Shown here piece after piece: positions 9,625 through 20,861 of a DNA stretch of 64,000 nucleotides. The position numbers were made by a program, and so were the translations under genes. Location of the stretch: assembly GCA_963829525.1 (NCBI GenBank), contig CAWHIJ010000003.1, forward strand, positions 1,248,001 through 1,312,000, read 5' to 3'. This stretch comes from an uncultured Actinomycetota bacterium. Lineage in GTDB: Bacteria > Actinomycetota > Actinomycetes > JAHEKZ01. Below the pieces are notes generated by a model that searched no databases, was not told where the DNA came from, and was given only the letters and a program-made list of their open reading frames with translations. Numbering within the stretch: position 1 is the stretch's first letter; each line of letters begins with the position of its first letter.

Positions 9625-11584
9625 ATGTCGGCGGTTGAGGCTGAATCGGTCTTTCCCCGGCTCGAGGCGCTGCTACCGCTGGTGCAGAAGCCCATCCAGT
9701 ACGTCGGCGGCGAGCTGAACGCAGTCAGCAAGCAGTGGGAGTCCACCACGGTTCGTTGGGCGCTGATGTACCCGGACGCCTACGAGATCGGGTTGCCCAA
9801 CCAGGGCGTCCAAATCCTCTACGAGGTGCTCAACGAGCAGCCGAGACGTTCTGGCAGAGCGCACGTACTCGGTGTGGTCGGACCTCGAGACCCTCATGCG
9901 AGAGCACGGTGTCCCACAGTTCACTGTCGACGCGCACCGACCGGTTGGAGCTTTCGACGTCTTCGGCCTCTCGCTTCTCCACCGAGCTCGGCTACACCAA
10001 CATGCTCACCGCGCTCGACCTCGCCGGTATCCCGTTGCATGCAGCAGACCGCACCGACGAGCACCCGATCGTGCTGGCCGGTGGTCACGCTGCGTTCAAC
10101 CCTGAGCCGATCGCAACGTTCATCGACGCTGCTGTGCTCGGTGACGGTGAACAGGTGGCGCTGGAGATCACCGCTCTCATCCGCGACTTCAAGGCCGAAG
10201 GGTCGCCAGGTGGCCGTGAGCAGCTGCTGATGCGACTCGCGCAGACCGGCGGCGTATACGTCCCGGCCTTCTACGACGTCGAGTACCTCCCTGACGGCCG
10301 CATCAAGCGAGTCGTCCCCAACCGCCCCGGGGTGCCATGGCGGGTCAGCAAGCACACCGTCACCGACCTCGACGCCTGGCCGTACCCGAAGAAGCCGCTG
10401 GTGCCACTCGCCGAGAGCGTGCACGAACGCGCGAGCGTTGAGATCTTCCGCGGCTGCACGCGCGGATGCCGGTTCTGTCAGGCGGGCATGATCACCCGAC
10501 CTGTGCGCGAGCGCAGCATCACCGGCATCGGCGAAATGGTCGAGCAGGCGCTGCAGTCAACCGGCTTCGAAGAAGTCGGTCTGCTCTCCTCTCAAGCGCG
10601 GACCACTCCGAGATCAAGGGTGTCGCCAAGGGCCTGGCAGATCGCTACGAGGGCACCAACACCTCCCTCTCGCTCCCCAGCACGCGCGTCGATGCGTTCA
10701 ACATCGACCTCGCCAACGAGCTGAGCCGCAGCGGCCGTCGCTCAGGCCTGACGTTTGCACCGGAAGGTGGCAGTGAGCGAATCCGCCGGGTGATCAACAA
10801 GATGGTCACCGAGGAAGACCTCATCCGCACGGTCGCCACCGCCTACGGCAGTGGCTGGCGCCAGGTGAAGCTGTATTTCATGTGCGGGCTCCCGACCGAG
10901 ACCGACGAGGACGTCCTGCAGATCGCCACTCTCGCCCGCGAGGTGATCAAGACCGGACGCGAGGTCGCCGGCCGAAAGGACATCCGCTGCACGGTGTCGA
11001 TCGGAGGCTTCGTACCCAAGCCACACACTCCGTTCCAGTGGGCAGCACAGCTCGACCATGAGACGACGGACGCGCGGCTGGCCAAGCTGCGCAACAACAT
11101 CCGTGACGACCGCCAGTTCGGCAAGGCGATCGGATTCCGCTACCACGATGGCAAGCCCGGCATCGTCGAAGGACTGCTCTCCCGCGGTGACCGGCGCGTT
11201 GGCGCGGTGATCGAGGCGGTCTGGCGCGATGGTGGACGTTTCGACGGTTGGAGCGAGCACTTCAGCTTCGAGCGCTGGATGCGTTGTGCTGAGCAGGCGC
11301 TTGCGACCGAACCCGTCGACGTCGACTGGTACACCACTCGCGAGCGCGAGTTCTCCGAGGTGCTGCCGTGGGACCACCTCGACTCCGGCTTGGACAAAGA
11401 CTGGCTGTGGGAGGACTGGCAGGACGCGCTGAACGATGTCGAGGTCGAGGACTGTCGGTGGACGCCGTGCTTCGACTGCGGCGTCTGCCCGCAGATGGGC
11501 ACTGACATCGAGATCGGACCGACGGGTAAACAGCTGTTGCCGCTCACCGCAATCGGCGCCAACGCCTCGACGCTGCGAGCCTGA
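9625..11584 (+). CDS. B12-binding radical SAM protein (TIGR03960-like), three apparent frameshifts (~9844, ~9974, ~10590)
   Basis: KPIQYVGGE, YPDAYEIG, CTRGCRFC (CxxxCxxC), LTFAPEGGS, FVPKPHTPFQW, C-terminal CFDCGVC; GGAGG RBS. Confidence 0.88.
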
Positions 11585-12366
11585 TGGCTCGCCAACCTCC
11601 GGTGCGGGACGTCGCACCAACCGTCCAGAAGCTGCGGGTCAGGTACGCCAAGCGGGGGCGGCTGCGGTTCACCAGCCACCGAGACATTCAGCGTGCCCTC
11701 GAGCGTGCCCTGCGGCGGGCAGGTGTCCCAATGGCTTACAGCGCCGGCTTCACCCCGCACCCCAAGATCTCGTACGCCGGGGCGGCGGCCATGGGGTCGG
11801 CCAGTGAGGCCGAGTACCTCGAGATCTCGGTCACCGAGCGGCTCGACCCAGATCGGGTAGGGGACGCCCTGGACGCCGCCCTGCCCCCAGGTCTGGACAT
11901 CATCGAGGTGGTCGAGGCAGCGCCTGGCGCCCTCGCCGATCTGCTTCAGGCGTCCGAGTGGCAGATCGAGCTTCCGGACGTTTCCGCAGGTCAAGCTGGT
12001 GAAGCAGCGGCCGCCCTGATGGCCGAGACCGAGGTCGAGGTGGAGCGGATGATGAAGTCAGGGCCGCGACGTTTCGACGCCAGGGGACCGATCGTCCGAC
12101 TCGCCACCGATGGCGGCACGACGGCCTCGGGGGCCCCCTGTGCGATACTGCGAACGGTGGTACGGCATGCAACACCCGCCGTGCGACCCGACGACATCCT
12201 CACCGCCCTGCGACAGGTGGCGGGCCTGACGCCGCCGGTCCCACCCATGGTGACCCGGCTGGCGCAAGGCCCCCTCGACCCGGAGAGCGGGACGGTGGCC
12301 GATCCCTTGGCCACTGACCGCGCCAGCGTTGGCGATGCCGTTGCGGCCGACCCGCACCCGCGGTAG
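11584..12366 (+). CDS. Radical SAM-linked protein (TIGR03936/DUF2344-like)
   Basis: YAKRGRLRFTSHRD...YSAGFTPHPKIS; coupled to the radical SAM gene and lies upstream of rne. Confidence 0.85.
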   Translation: MARQPPVRDVAPTVQKLRVRYAKRGRLRFTSHRDIQRALERALRRAGVPMAYSAGFTPHPKISYAGAAAMGSASEAEYLEISVTERLDPDRVGDALDAALPPGLDIIEVVEAAPGALADLLQASEWQIELPDVSAGQAGEAAAALMAETEVEVERMMKSGPRRFDARGPIVRLATDGGTTASGAPCAILRTVVRHATPAVRPDDILTALRQVAGLTPPVPPMVTRLAQGPLDPESGTVADPLATDRASVGDAVAADPHPR

Positions 12367-12446
12367 GCCCAGACCTGACCGCCCCCAGAGGGGCCGAAGA
12401 CTTCGCCCGCGGCGGTGCGCCGCCCGGGCCGGATGGAGTTACCCGG

Positions 12447-14882
12447 ATGCTCGACAACGAGCCCACGACACCCAGCACCACAGAACCCCGCGCGGGAAGC
12501 GGTACGACCGCACCGCGGACCCGACGACGAGCGGCAGCACGACCGGCGGGACCACCAAGCACCGAGAGCACAACGTCGCCAAAGACGACAGGTGCCGATG
12601 CAGCGGAGAAGCCGGCCAAGAAGGCGACCAAGAAGGCCGCCGCCAAGAAGACCACGAAGAAGGCTGCTACCAAGAAGACCGCACCTGAGGTCGACCCGGC
12701 AGCTCCGAGCCACGGCGGACGCACCAGCGAAGAAGACGACCAAGAAGACGACCAAGAAGACCACCAAGAAGACGGCGGCCGAGACCGAGACTGCGGCGCC
12801 GTCACTGCTCTTCAAGGCCCCCGACCCCGTTGTCGTTGAGAAGCCGGCGAAGAAAGCCGCCACCAAGAAGTCGGCGGCGTCGAAGAAGAGCGACGCTGAA
12901 GCAAGCGCAGCAGCAGACGCTGCTGATGTCGCTGAGCCGGCCAGTGACGGAGATGACGACGAGTGAAGGTGGTACGCGCCGCCGTCGCCGCCGCGGAGGG
13001 CGCGGACGCAAGGGCAAGAGCTCTGGCGACGAAGGCGGTGCGGCGGAGGCGTCCGACAGCGAAGGTTCTGGGGCTGACGGTGAGGAGACCGAGGAAGGCG
13101 GCTCCGGAACGACGCAAGCGCCGCAGGCGTCGGAGGCGCAAGGGCGGCGGCGGGGGCGACGGTGACGGCGCCGAGGCTGACCCTGCTCGCACGGTCGTCC
13201 ACGTCCGTGAGCCACGCAAGGCCTCCGACGAGATCTCCAGCGTCAAGGGCTCGACCCGGCTCGAGGCCAAGAAGCAGCGGCGGCGTGAGGGTCGTGAGCA
13301 GGGCAGGCGTCGCCCGCCGATCCTGACCGAGTCGGAGTTCCTCGCCAGACGCGAGGCCGTCGACCGCGTCATGGTCGTCCGCCAACAGGGCGATCGCACG
13401 CAGATTGCCGTCATGGAGGACGACGTCCTCGTCGAGCACTACGTCGCACAACGCTCGGCGTCCACCATGGTGGGCAACGTCTATCTAGCCAAGGTCCAGA
13501 ACGTGCTCCCGAGCATGGAGGCCGCCTTCGTCGATGTCGGACGCGGCCGCAACGCGGTGCTGTACGCCGGAGAGGTGAACTGGGATGCTGCCGGGCTCGA
13601 CGGGCAGCCGCGTCGCATCGAGCACGCCATGAAGTCAGGCGACTCCATCCTGGTCCAGGTGACAAAGGACCCCATCGGCCACAAGGGCGCTCGACTCACC
13701 GCCCACGTATCACTGCCTGGGCGCTACCTCGTGTACGTGCCGGACGGCTCGATGACCGGGATCAGCCGCAAGCTGCCCGACACCGAGCGGTCGCGGCTCA
13801 AGGCGATCTTGAAGAAGATCGTGCCCGATGATGCAGGAGTCATCGTGCGCACCGCTGCCGAGGGTGCCAGTGAAGAAGAGCTGCAGCGCGATGTGGCCCG
13901 GCTGACCGCTCAGTGGGAGGCAATCTCTGAGCAGACTGCCGGTGCCAACGCTCCCGCGCTGCTTCACGAGGAGCCAGACCTCACCCTCCGGGTCATCCGC
14001 GACGTCTTCAACGAAGACTTCAGCAAGCTCGTGGTCTCCGGCGACGAGGCCTGGGACACCGTCGAGGCGTACGTCACCCAAGTGGCGCCCGACCTGTCTG
14101 AGCGCCTCTCGAAGTGGACTGGCACCGATGACGTCTTCAGCGCGCACCGCATCGACGAGCAGATGCTCAAGGCGCTCGACCGCAAGGTCTGGCTGCCTAG
14201 TGGTGGCTACCTGATCATCGACAGCACCGAGGCGATGGTGGTGGTCGACGTCAACACAGGCAAGTTCACCGGCTCCGGTGGCAACCTTGAGCAAACCGTC
14301 ACCAAGAACAACATCGAGGCTGCCGAAGAGATCGTCCGGCAGCTGCGGCTGCGTGATGTCGGCGGGATCATCGTCATCGACTTCATCGACATGGTGCTCG
14401 AGAGCAACCGCGAGCTCGTGCTGCGACGGCTCGTCGAGTGCCTGGGACGTGACCGCACCAAGCACCAGGTGGCTGAGGTCACCTCGCTCGGGCTCGTCCA
14501 GATGACCCGCAAGCGTGTCGGGCAGGGGCTGCTCGAGGCCTTCTCGACCACCTGTGAAGAGTGCGGTGGCCGCGGTCGGCACGTCACCCTGGAGCCGGTC
14601 GAGGCCAAGAAGCAGGCCGATGGCGGAGGCAAGCGGGGCGAGGAACGCGCGCCCCGTCGGCGCCGGGGCAAGGCGGCAGCTGCCGCAACCCCGGAGGTCG
14701 ACCCTGAGGTCGCCGCCCGTGAGGCTGCAGCCAGGGCTGCCCTGGCGAAGGTGGCGGTGGCGACTGTTGGTGCGGCGGCTGACCCAGAGTCGGCCACCAC
14801 CGTCGAGGCGGGCGAACTGACCGAACGACCGCAGGAGCCGACTTCAGTCAGTGAGCCGGAGCAAGACGCCACCCTGGTTTGA
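12447..14882 (+). CDS. rne: Ribonuclease E/G with long disordered N-terminus, three apparent frameshifts (~12708, ~12961, ~13112)
   Basis: S1-domain GNVYLAKVQNVLPSMEAAFVDVG, DVNTGKF, GGIIVIDFIDM and CEECGGRG Zn-link; Arg-rich and K/T/A-rich N-terminal segments fall in successive frames. Confidence 0.92.
12730..12774 (+). repeat. 12-bp tandem repeat AAGAAGAC(G/C)ACC, ~3.75 copies, encoding KKTT
   Basis: Read directly; coding repeat within the rne N-terminus. Confidence 0.85.
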
Positions 14883-14908
14883 CCGGCCTAGGGGGCACTC
14901 CGTACCCT
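14879..14908 (+). promoter_or_regulatory. Housekeeping promoter of rplU (TTGACC-N18-TACCCT)
   Basis: -35 and -10 hexamers overlapping the rne stop, followed by a ~180-nt leader. Confidence 0.65.
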
Positions 14909-15091
14909 GGGACATCGGCGCTGATGCGCCTGGTTCCGCGTGTGCGCCCCTGGTCAGCCCCTGGTAGCCCCAAGGTTAACCGGGTGGAGCCCGCAAGGAT
15001 TCAAGTGAGACCGAAGACTGACAACCGCGTGGCCACCTGGCCTCGCCCAGAGTCTGTCGCTGCCAGCGGGTGGTGACGTGAGGAGTTCGCG

Positions 15092-15418
15092 GTGTACGCG
15101 ATTGTCCGCGCTGGCGGCCGCCAGGAGAAGGTAGCGGTCGGCGACGTCGTCCAGATCGACAAGATCGACGGCGAGCCAGGCAGTTCGATCACTCTCCCGG
15201 CACTTCTCGTCGTCGACGGAGAAGCGGTCACCAGCGACCCCAAGGCGCTCGCCGGAATCACCGTGACCGCTGAGGTGGTCGGCGCCATCAAAGGCCCCAA
15301 GATCACGATCATGAAGTTCAAGAACAAGACCGGGTACCGCAAGCGGCAGGGACATCGGCAGAAGTACACCGAGGTCAAGGTCACTGGCATCAACACCGAC
15401 ATCGCAGCGGGGAAGTGA
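15092..15418 (+). CDS. rplU: 50S ribosomal protein L21
   Basis: [14 protein letters not shown]...[17 protein letters not shown]. Confidence 0.98.
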   Translation: MYAIVRAGGRQEKVAVGDVVQIDKIDGEPGSSITLPALLVVDGEAVTSDPKALAGITVTAEVVGAIKGPKITIMKFKNKTGYRKRQGHRQKYTEVKVTGINTDIAAGK

Positions 15419-15427
15419 GCAGAAGCC

Positions 15428-15682
15428 ATGGCACACAAAAAGGGCGCGTCCTCGACGCGTAACGGTCGTGACTCCAACTCCCAGCGCCTCGGCGTCAAGC
15501 GCTTCGGCGGCGAGGTCGTCAACGCCGGCGAGATCATCGTCCGGCAGCGCGGCACGCACTTTCACCCCGGACGTAACGTCGGTCGCGGCGGCGACGACAC
15601 CCTCTTCGCCCTGACCGCTGGCGCCGTCGAGTTCGGCACCCGCCGTGGTCGTCGGGTCGTCAACATCGTCTCGGCCGAGTAG
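15428..15682 (+). CDS. rpmA: 50S ribosomal protein L27
   Basis: [16 protein letters not shown]...RQRGT. Confidence 0.99.
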   Translation: MAHKKGASSTRNGRDSNSQRLGVKRFGGEVVNAGEIIVRQRGTHFHPGRNVGRGGDDTLFALTAGAVEFGTRRGRRVVNIVSAE

Positions 15683-15696
15683 CCCCGACGGCACGC

Positions 15697-15742
15697 CACG
15701 AAGTCCGGCCTCGCCCGATTTCGGGTGAGGCCCTTCGTGTTT
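15697..15742 (+). terminator. Strong hairpin with short T tail after rpmA
   Basis: CACGAAG..GGCCTCGCCCGA-TT-TCGGGTGAGGCC-CTTCGTG-TTT. Confidence 0.7.
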
Positions 15743-15770
15743 AGACGCGTGTAGAGGAGGCAGGACGCCA

Positions 15771-17138
15771 ATGGCCACCTTTGTCGACCGTGTCCTGCTG
15801 CACGCGGCCGGCGGCAAGGGAGGTAACGGTTGCGCCTCGGTCCATCGAGAGAAGTTCAAACCGTTCGGTGGACCTGATGGGGGCAATGGCGGACGCGGCG
15901 GTGAGGTCGTTCTCGTCGTCGACCGCAATGTGACGACTCTGCTGGACTATCACCACAGCCCGCACCGCAAGGCCGGTCACGGCAAACCAGGGATGGGGGG
16001 GCACCGCAGTGGAGCCGATGGCGACGACCTGATCCTTCCCGTCCCTGAGGGCACGGTTGTGGTTGGCCTCGATGGCGAGGTCATCGCCGACCTCACCGGT
16101 GACGGCACCCGATGGGTGATTGCCCCAGGCGGCTCCGGCGGTCTCGGCAACGCCTCGCTCGCATCTCCGCGGCGACGAGCCCCAGGGTTTGCGTTGCTCG
16201 GCGAGCCGGGTATCGAGGCAGACGTCGTCCTCGAGCTCAAGACGGTCGCTGACGTGGGTCTGGTGGGCTTCCCGAGCGCGGGGAAGTCGAGCCTGGTGGC
16301 GTCGGTCTCGGCCGCGCGTCCGAAGATCGCCGACTACCCATTCACCACGTTGGTGCCGAACCTGGGTGTCGTCGAGGCCGGCTCGACGCGTTTCACCATC
16401 GCCGACGTTCCGGGGTTGATCCCCGGGGCGAGCGAGGGCAAGGGACTCGGTCACGAGTTCCTTCGCCATATCGAGCGCTGTGCCGTCCTCGTGCACGTCC
16501 TCGACTGCGCCACCCTCGAGCCCAACCGCGACCCACTCACCGATCTCCAGGTCCTCGAGGACGAGCTCGCCGCGTACGGCGGGCTCGCCGATCGCCCCCG
16601 GGTGATCGTGCTGAACAAGGTGGATGTTCCAGAGGCGCGCGAGCTCGCCGATCTCGTCACGCCCGAGCTGGCCGAACGAGGTTGGCCGGTCTTCGCCGTC
16701 TCGGCGGTCAGCCATGAGGGTCTCCGCCAACTCTGCTTCGCCCTCGCCGACGTCGTCCAGCAGTACCGACAGTCACTTCCTGAGCCCGAGGCCACCCGCA
16801 TCGTGCTGCGCCCCACCCCAGTGGATGACGCGGGGTTCACCGTGACGGTCGAGGAGGCCCGCTTCCGGGTGCGCGGCCACAAACCGGAGCGATGGGTACG
16901 GCAGACCGACTTCAGCAACGACGAAGCGGTGGGCTACCTCTCAGACCGGTTGGCCCGCCTCGGCGTCGAGGAGGCATTGGTCGCCAGGGGTGCCGAACCG
17001 GGTGCCGAGGTCGTGGTCGGTGACGATGAGGACGGTGTCATCTTCGACTTCGCCCCGCAGCTGGAGAGCGGTGCCGAGCAGCTGCAGAGCCCTCGTGGCA
17101 CCGATCGTCGAGTCGAGGCTTGGGAGCGAGAGCAGTGA
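15771..17138 (+). CDS. obgE: GTPase ObgE
   Basis: Gly-rich Obg fold, [21 protein letters not shown] motifs. Confidence 0.97.
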   Translation: MATFVDRVLLHAAGGKGGNGCASVHREKFKPFGGPDGGNGGRGGEVVLVVDRNVTTLLDYHHSPHRKAGHGKPGMGGHRSGADGDDLILPVPEGTVVVGLDGEVIADLTGDGTRWVIAPGGSGGLGNASLASPRRRAPGFALLGEPGIEADVVLELKTVADVGLVGFPSAGKSSLVASVSAARPKIADYPFTTLVPNLGVVEAGSTRFTIADVPGLIPGASEGKGLGHEFLRHIERCAVLVHVLDCATLEPNRDPLTDLQVLEDELAAYGGLADRPRVIVLNKVDVPEARELADLVTPELAERGWPVFAVSAVSHEGLRQLCFALADVVQQYRQSLPEPEATRIVLRPTPVDDAGFTVTVEEARFRVRGHKPERWVRQTDFSNDEAVGYLSDRLARLGVEEALVARGAEPGAEVVVGDDEDGVIFDFAPQLESGAEQLQSPRGTDRRVEAWEREQ

Positions 17139-18310
17139 GGCCGTCAGCCTCACCCGCCACGAACGTGACCCGCGCCGAGACGGTGGCTGCGGCGCGCCGC
17201 ATCGTCGTCAAGGTGGGGTCCTCGTCGCTGACCACGGCCAAGGGCGCCATCGATGATTCGCGGGTCGTCGAGCTCGTTGGTGCGCTCGCCGATCGAAGAG
17301 CGTCCGGCATCGAGATCGTGCTGGTGACGTCGGGAGCAATTGCCGCAGGTCTTGAGCCCCTGGGCTTGAAGGTTCGCCCGCGCGACCTCGCGACGCAGCA
17401 GGCGGCCGCGAGCATCGGTCAAGGACTGCTGATGCACCGGTACACCGATGCCTTCGCCGACCACGAGGTCACCGTCGGCCAGGTGTTGATGACCGCTGAG
17501 GATGTCGTCCGCCGGTCGCACTACCGCAACGCGCAACGGACGTTGTACCGCTTGCTCGAGCTGGGCGCACTGCCCATCGTCAATGAGAACGACACGGTGG
17601 CCACCGACGAGATCCGCTTCGGGGACAACGACCGACTCGCCGCTCTCGTGGCGCACCTGGTGCACGCCGACCTCTTCGTGATGCTCTCCGACGTCGATGC
17701 GCTCTACAACTCTCCTCCGTCGCGACAGGGCTCCGCCCGCATCGCTGAGATCTCCCACCCCGACCAGCTTGATGCCGTCGAAGTGGGCAAGCGCGGGTCC
17801 TCGGTCGGGACCGGAGGCATGGCAACCAAAGTGGCCGCTGCTCGCATCGCAACCGGGGCCGGAATCCCGGTGGTACTGGCCCACGCACAGTCGGCGGCCG
17901 CTGCGCTGGCGGGGGAGGACGTCGGCACGTGGTTCACCGCCTCCGGTCGACGGGTGCCAACCCGGCTCCTGTGGCTGGCCCATGCGGCGACCCCGCACGG
18001 ACTCCTGACGTTGGACGCCGGCGCGGTCCGGGCGATCGTGGAGCGCCGGGCCTCGCTGTTGCCTGCTGGCGTCACCGGCGTCGACGGGACGTTCGTCGCA
18101 GGAGATCCGATTGACCTGGTTGACGAAAACGGCAACACGGTGGCCCGTGGGCTGGTGAACTTTGACGCGACAGAGCTGCCGGCACTGCTGGGTCGGTCGA
18201 CCCGTGAGCTCGCCAAGCAGCTCGGCACGGCTTATGAGCGTGAGGTCGTGCACCGAGATGACCTGGTGGTGCTGGGTCGTCAGACCGACGACGGAGGCAA
18301 CACGACGTGA
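17135..18310 (+). CDS. proB: Glutamate 5-kinase
   Basis: [33 protein letters not shown] domain; start could also be 17165. Confidence 0.96.
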   Translation: MRPSASPATNVTRAETVAAARRIVVKVGSSSLTTAKGAIDDSRVVELVGALADRRASGIEIVLVTSGAIAAGLEPLGLKVRPRDLATQQAAASIGQGLLMHRYTDAFADHEVTVGQVLMTAEDVVRRSHYRNAQRTLYRLLELGALPIVNENDTVATDEIRFGDNDRLAALVAHLVHADLFVMLSDVDALYNSPPSRQGSARIAEISHPDQLDAVEVGKRGSSVGTGGMATKVAAARIATGAGIPVVLAHAQSAAAALAGEDVGTWFTASGRRVPTRLLWLAHAATPHGLLTLDAGAVRAIVERRASLLPAGVTGVDGTFVAGDPIDLVDENGNTVARGLVNFDATELPALLGRSTRELAKQLGTAYEREVVHRDDLVVLGRQTDDGGNTT

Positions 18311-18696
18311 GTGACCAGGACGCCGGCCCGGGTGTGCGGCGCATGTGGCACGTGGTGATCACCGCGGCCGGCCCCGCTCTTCCCGCCGAGGGAGTTCGTG
18401 AGGCTTTGGTGCGGCTCGCAGACAGCCACCAGTTCATCTTGTCGGCGCGCTATGCCGCCGACCGTGCCGAGGTGCGCTATTGGGACGAGAGCGGGCACGT
18501 TCGGGACATTGCTGCCAGGGCGTTCTCGGTCTGGAGTGACTACAGCGAAATCGCTGGGCTTCCCCCCTGGGAGGTCGTCGGCCTTGAGGTCATTGAGCGT
18601 GACGCCTTTCACGCCCGCCTTGGGGGGCGTCCAGGGCGCCGTGCTGGCGACCCTGATTTTCCTGGCCTTGAGTCCGGCGGCGTCCAACCGTTCTAG
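18307..18696 (+). CDS. Hypothetical protein between proB and proA
   Basis: GTGA overlap, GGAGG RBS, protein-like motifs RYWDE and [14 protein letters not shown]. Confidence 0.75.
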   Translation: MSDQDAGPGVRRMWHVVITAAGPALPAEGVREALVRLADSHQFILSARYAADRAEVRYWDESGHVRDIAARAFSVWSDYSEIAGLPPWEVVGLEVIERDAFHARLGGRPGRRAGDPDFPGLESGGVQPF

Positions 18697-18716
18697 GGCT
18701 TGGATACTGTTCGGTG

Positions 18717-20012
18717 ATGGGTACCACCACTGACACCGTCGTTGACAGCGAGCGGGACGCGGTTCTGGACGCTGCGCGTCGCGCCCGCACCGCGTCCACC
18801 GTTCTCGCACCCGCTACCCGGGCCACCAAGGACGCCGCCATCCTTGCCATCGCAGACGCACTAGACGCCAGGGCCGATGAAGTGGTGGCGGCGAACACCG
18901 CCGATGTGGAACGCGCGGTTGCCGCGGGTACGGCGCCCGGGCTCGTGGACCGGCTTACCCTCACCCCCGAACGGCTGGCCGCGATCGCGGAGGCACTGCG
19001 TGACGTTGCAAAACTTCCCGATCCCGTTGGGGAGGTCATCCGCGGCTTCACGTTGCCGAACGGGCTCGACGTGCGACAGGTACGCGTGCCGATGGGTGTG
19101 GTCGGCATCATCTACGAGGCCCGTCCCAACGTCACGGTCGATGCTGCCGGTCTGGGGCTGAAGTCGGGCAACGCGGTCCTGCTTCGCGGTTCGTCGTCAG
19201 CGCACGACTCCAACACCGCCCTCGTTGCTGTCATGCAGGGTGCCCTCGAGGCCTCCGGGCTGCCTCGTGACTGCATTCAGCTCGTTCCGGGGACCACGCA
19301 CGAGGCGGCCAAGCACCTGATGAACGCGCGGGGCCTCGTCGACGTGCTCATCCCACGCGGGGGAGCCGGTCTCATCCGCTCGGTCGTCGAGGGGTCGACG
19401 GTGCCGGTGATCGAGACGGGTGTCGGCAACTGTCACGTCTACATCGACGCCACTGCAGACATCGACAAGGCGGTCCCACTGCTGGTGAACGCCAAGACAC
19501 AGCGCGCCAGCGTCTGCAACGCTGCCGAGACCTTTCTGGTTCACGCCGATATTGCCGACGAGTTCTTGCCCAGGGCTTTGGCAGCACTCAAGGAATCGGG
19601 TGTCACCATCCATGGCGACGCCAGGATGCGCCCGTACGCCGAGCGAAGCGGAATCGACTTTGTTGACGCCACCGACGAGGACTGGGCTGCTGAGTACTAC
19701 TCGCTCGACATCGCTGCGGGCGTGGTCGATTCGCTCGACGACGCGGTGCGGCACATCCGGCGTTGGTCAACGGGTCATACCGAGGCGATCGTCACCGAGA
19801 ACCAGTCGGCGGCGCGAGCTTTCGTCGCCCAGGTCGATGCCGCCGCAGTGATGGTGAACGCCTCGACCCGGTTCACCGATGGGGGGGAGTTCGGCTTCGG
19901 CGCCGAGATCGGCATCAGCACCCAGAAGCTGCATGCGCGTGGTCCGATGGGACTGACTGAGCTGACCAGCACCAAGTACGTGGTGACCGGGAACGGCCAC
20001 ATCCGCACCTGA
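18717..20012 (+). CDS. proA: Gamma-glutamyl phosphate reductase
   Basis: [52 protein letters not shown]. Confidence 0.97.
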   Translation: MGTTTDTVVDSERDAVLDAARRARTASTVLAPATRATKDAAILAIADALDARADEVVAANTADVERAVAAGTAPGLVDRLTLTPERLAAIAEALRDVAKLPDPVGEVIRGFTLPNGLDVRQVRVPMGVVGIIYEARPNVTVDAAGLGLKSGNAVLLRGSSSAHDSNTALVAVMQGALEASGLPRDCIQLVPGTTHEAAKHLMNARGLVDVLIPRGGAGLIRSVVEGSTVPVIETGVGNCHVYIDATADIDKAVPLLVNAKTQRASVCNAAETFLVHADIADEFLPRALAALKESGVTIHGDARMRPYAERSGIDFVDATDEDWAAEYYSLDIAAGVVDSLDDAVRHIRRWSTGHTEAIVTENQSAARAFVAQVDAAAVMVNASTRFTDGGEFGFGAEIGISTQKLHARGPMGLTELTSTKYVVTGNGHIRT

Positions 20013-20066
20013 CCCAGGGTCTTCGCTAGGCTGACCCCGTCCGATCCGAGTCCCCCGAGGTGACGA

Positions 20067-20210
20067 ATGTTTGCTCTGATGCTGTTGGCTGAGACCCCCG
20101 TCGAGGAAGAGGCCTCCGCCCTGCCGCTCGCGCTGACCCTGGGAATCGGCACCTTCGTGCTCTTCGCCGTGCTGCTGTTCGCGGTGTCCCGCCTCAACCC
20201 CGATCGCTGA
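20067..20210 (+). CDS. 47-aa single-pass membrane protein (not in ORF track)
   Basis: MFALMLLAETPVEEEASALPLALTLGIGTFVLFAVLLFAVSRLNPDR*; GAGGTG RBS; GC-ending codons. Confidence 0.75.
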   Translation: MFALMLLAETPVEEEASALPLALTLGIGTFVLFAVLLFAVSRLNPDR

Positions 20211-20267
20211 TCCCGACACTGCGGCGTTACACCAGTCCTCGGTGCTCGCGCCAGTAGGGTCGCTCAC

Positions 20268-20861
20268 ATGCAGCGGATCGGTGTCATGGGGGGCACGTTC
20301 GACCCTATTCACCACGGCCATTTGGTGGCCGCCAGCGAAGTTGCAGCTTCCTTCGAGCTCGACGAAGTGGTCTTCGTGCCAACGGGTGCTCCTTGGCAGA
20401 AGGTCGAGCGTGCTGTGTCACCTGCCGAGGACCGGTATCTCATGACCGTCATCGCCACCGCATCCGATCCCCGGTTCTCGGTGAGCCGCGTCGACATCGA
20501 CCGGAACGGCCCCACCTACACCCTCGACACCCTGCGCGACCTCCAGGCTGCGTACCCCGCTGCGGGACAGCTGTACTTCATCACCGGTGCCGACGCTCTC
20601 TCCCAGCTGCTCACCTGGCGTGATGTCGAGGCGCTCTTCGCCCTCGCTCACTTCGTGGGGGTCACCAGGCCCGGCCACGTGCTGGCCGATCCTGGCCTCC
20701 CGTCCGGAGAGGTGAGCCTGGTGGAGGTCCCTGCCCTGGCCATCTCCTCCACCGAGATACGCGACCGGGTGACGTCCGGGCGCCCCATCGACTACCTGGT
20801 CCCGGAGGGTGTCGCACGCTACATCGGCAAGCGCGGACTGTACCGGCGGGACGCAACATGA
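20268..20861 (+). CDS. nadD: Nicotinate-nucleotide adenylyltransferase
   Basis: [20 protein letters not shown] motifs. Confidence 0.97.
   Translation: MQRIGVMGGTFDPIHHGHLVAASEVAASFELDEVVFVPTGAPWQKVERAVSPAEDRYLMTVIATASDPRFSVSRVDIDRNGPTYTLDTLRDLQAAYPAAGQLYFITGADALSQLLTWRDVEALFALAHFVGVTRPGHVLADPGLPSGEVSLVEVPALAISSTEIRDRVTSGRPIDYLVPEGVARYIGKRGLYRRDAT

Noticed and set aside
8755-13115. Programmed frameshifting or true pseudogenes in rodA, radical SAM gene and rne
   Set aside because: No shared slippery sequence, several shifts per gene, tight clustering and no other decay; consensus error is more likely.
14942-15030. Group II intron 5' end (GTGCG...)
   Set aside because: No domain V/VI and no RT ORF; region far too short.
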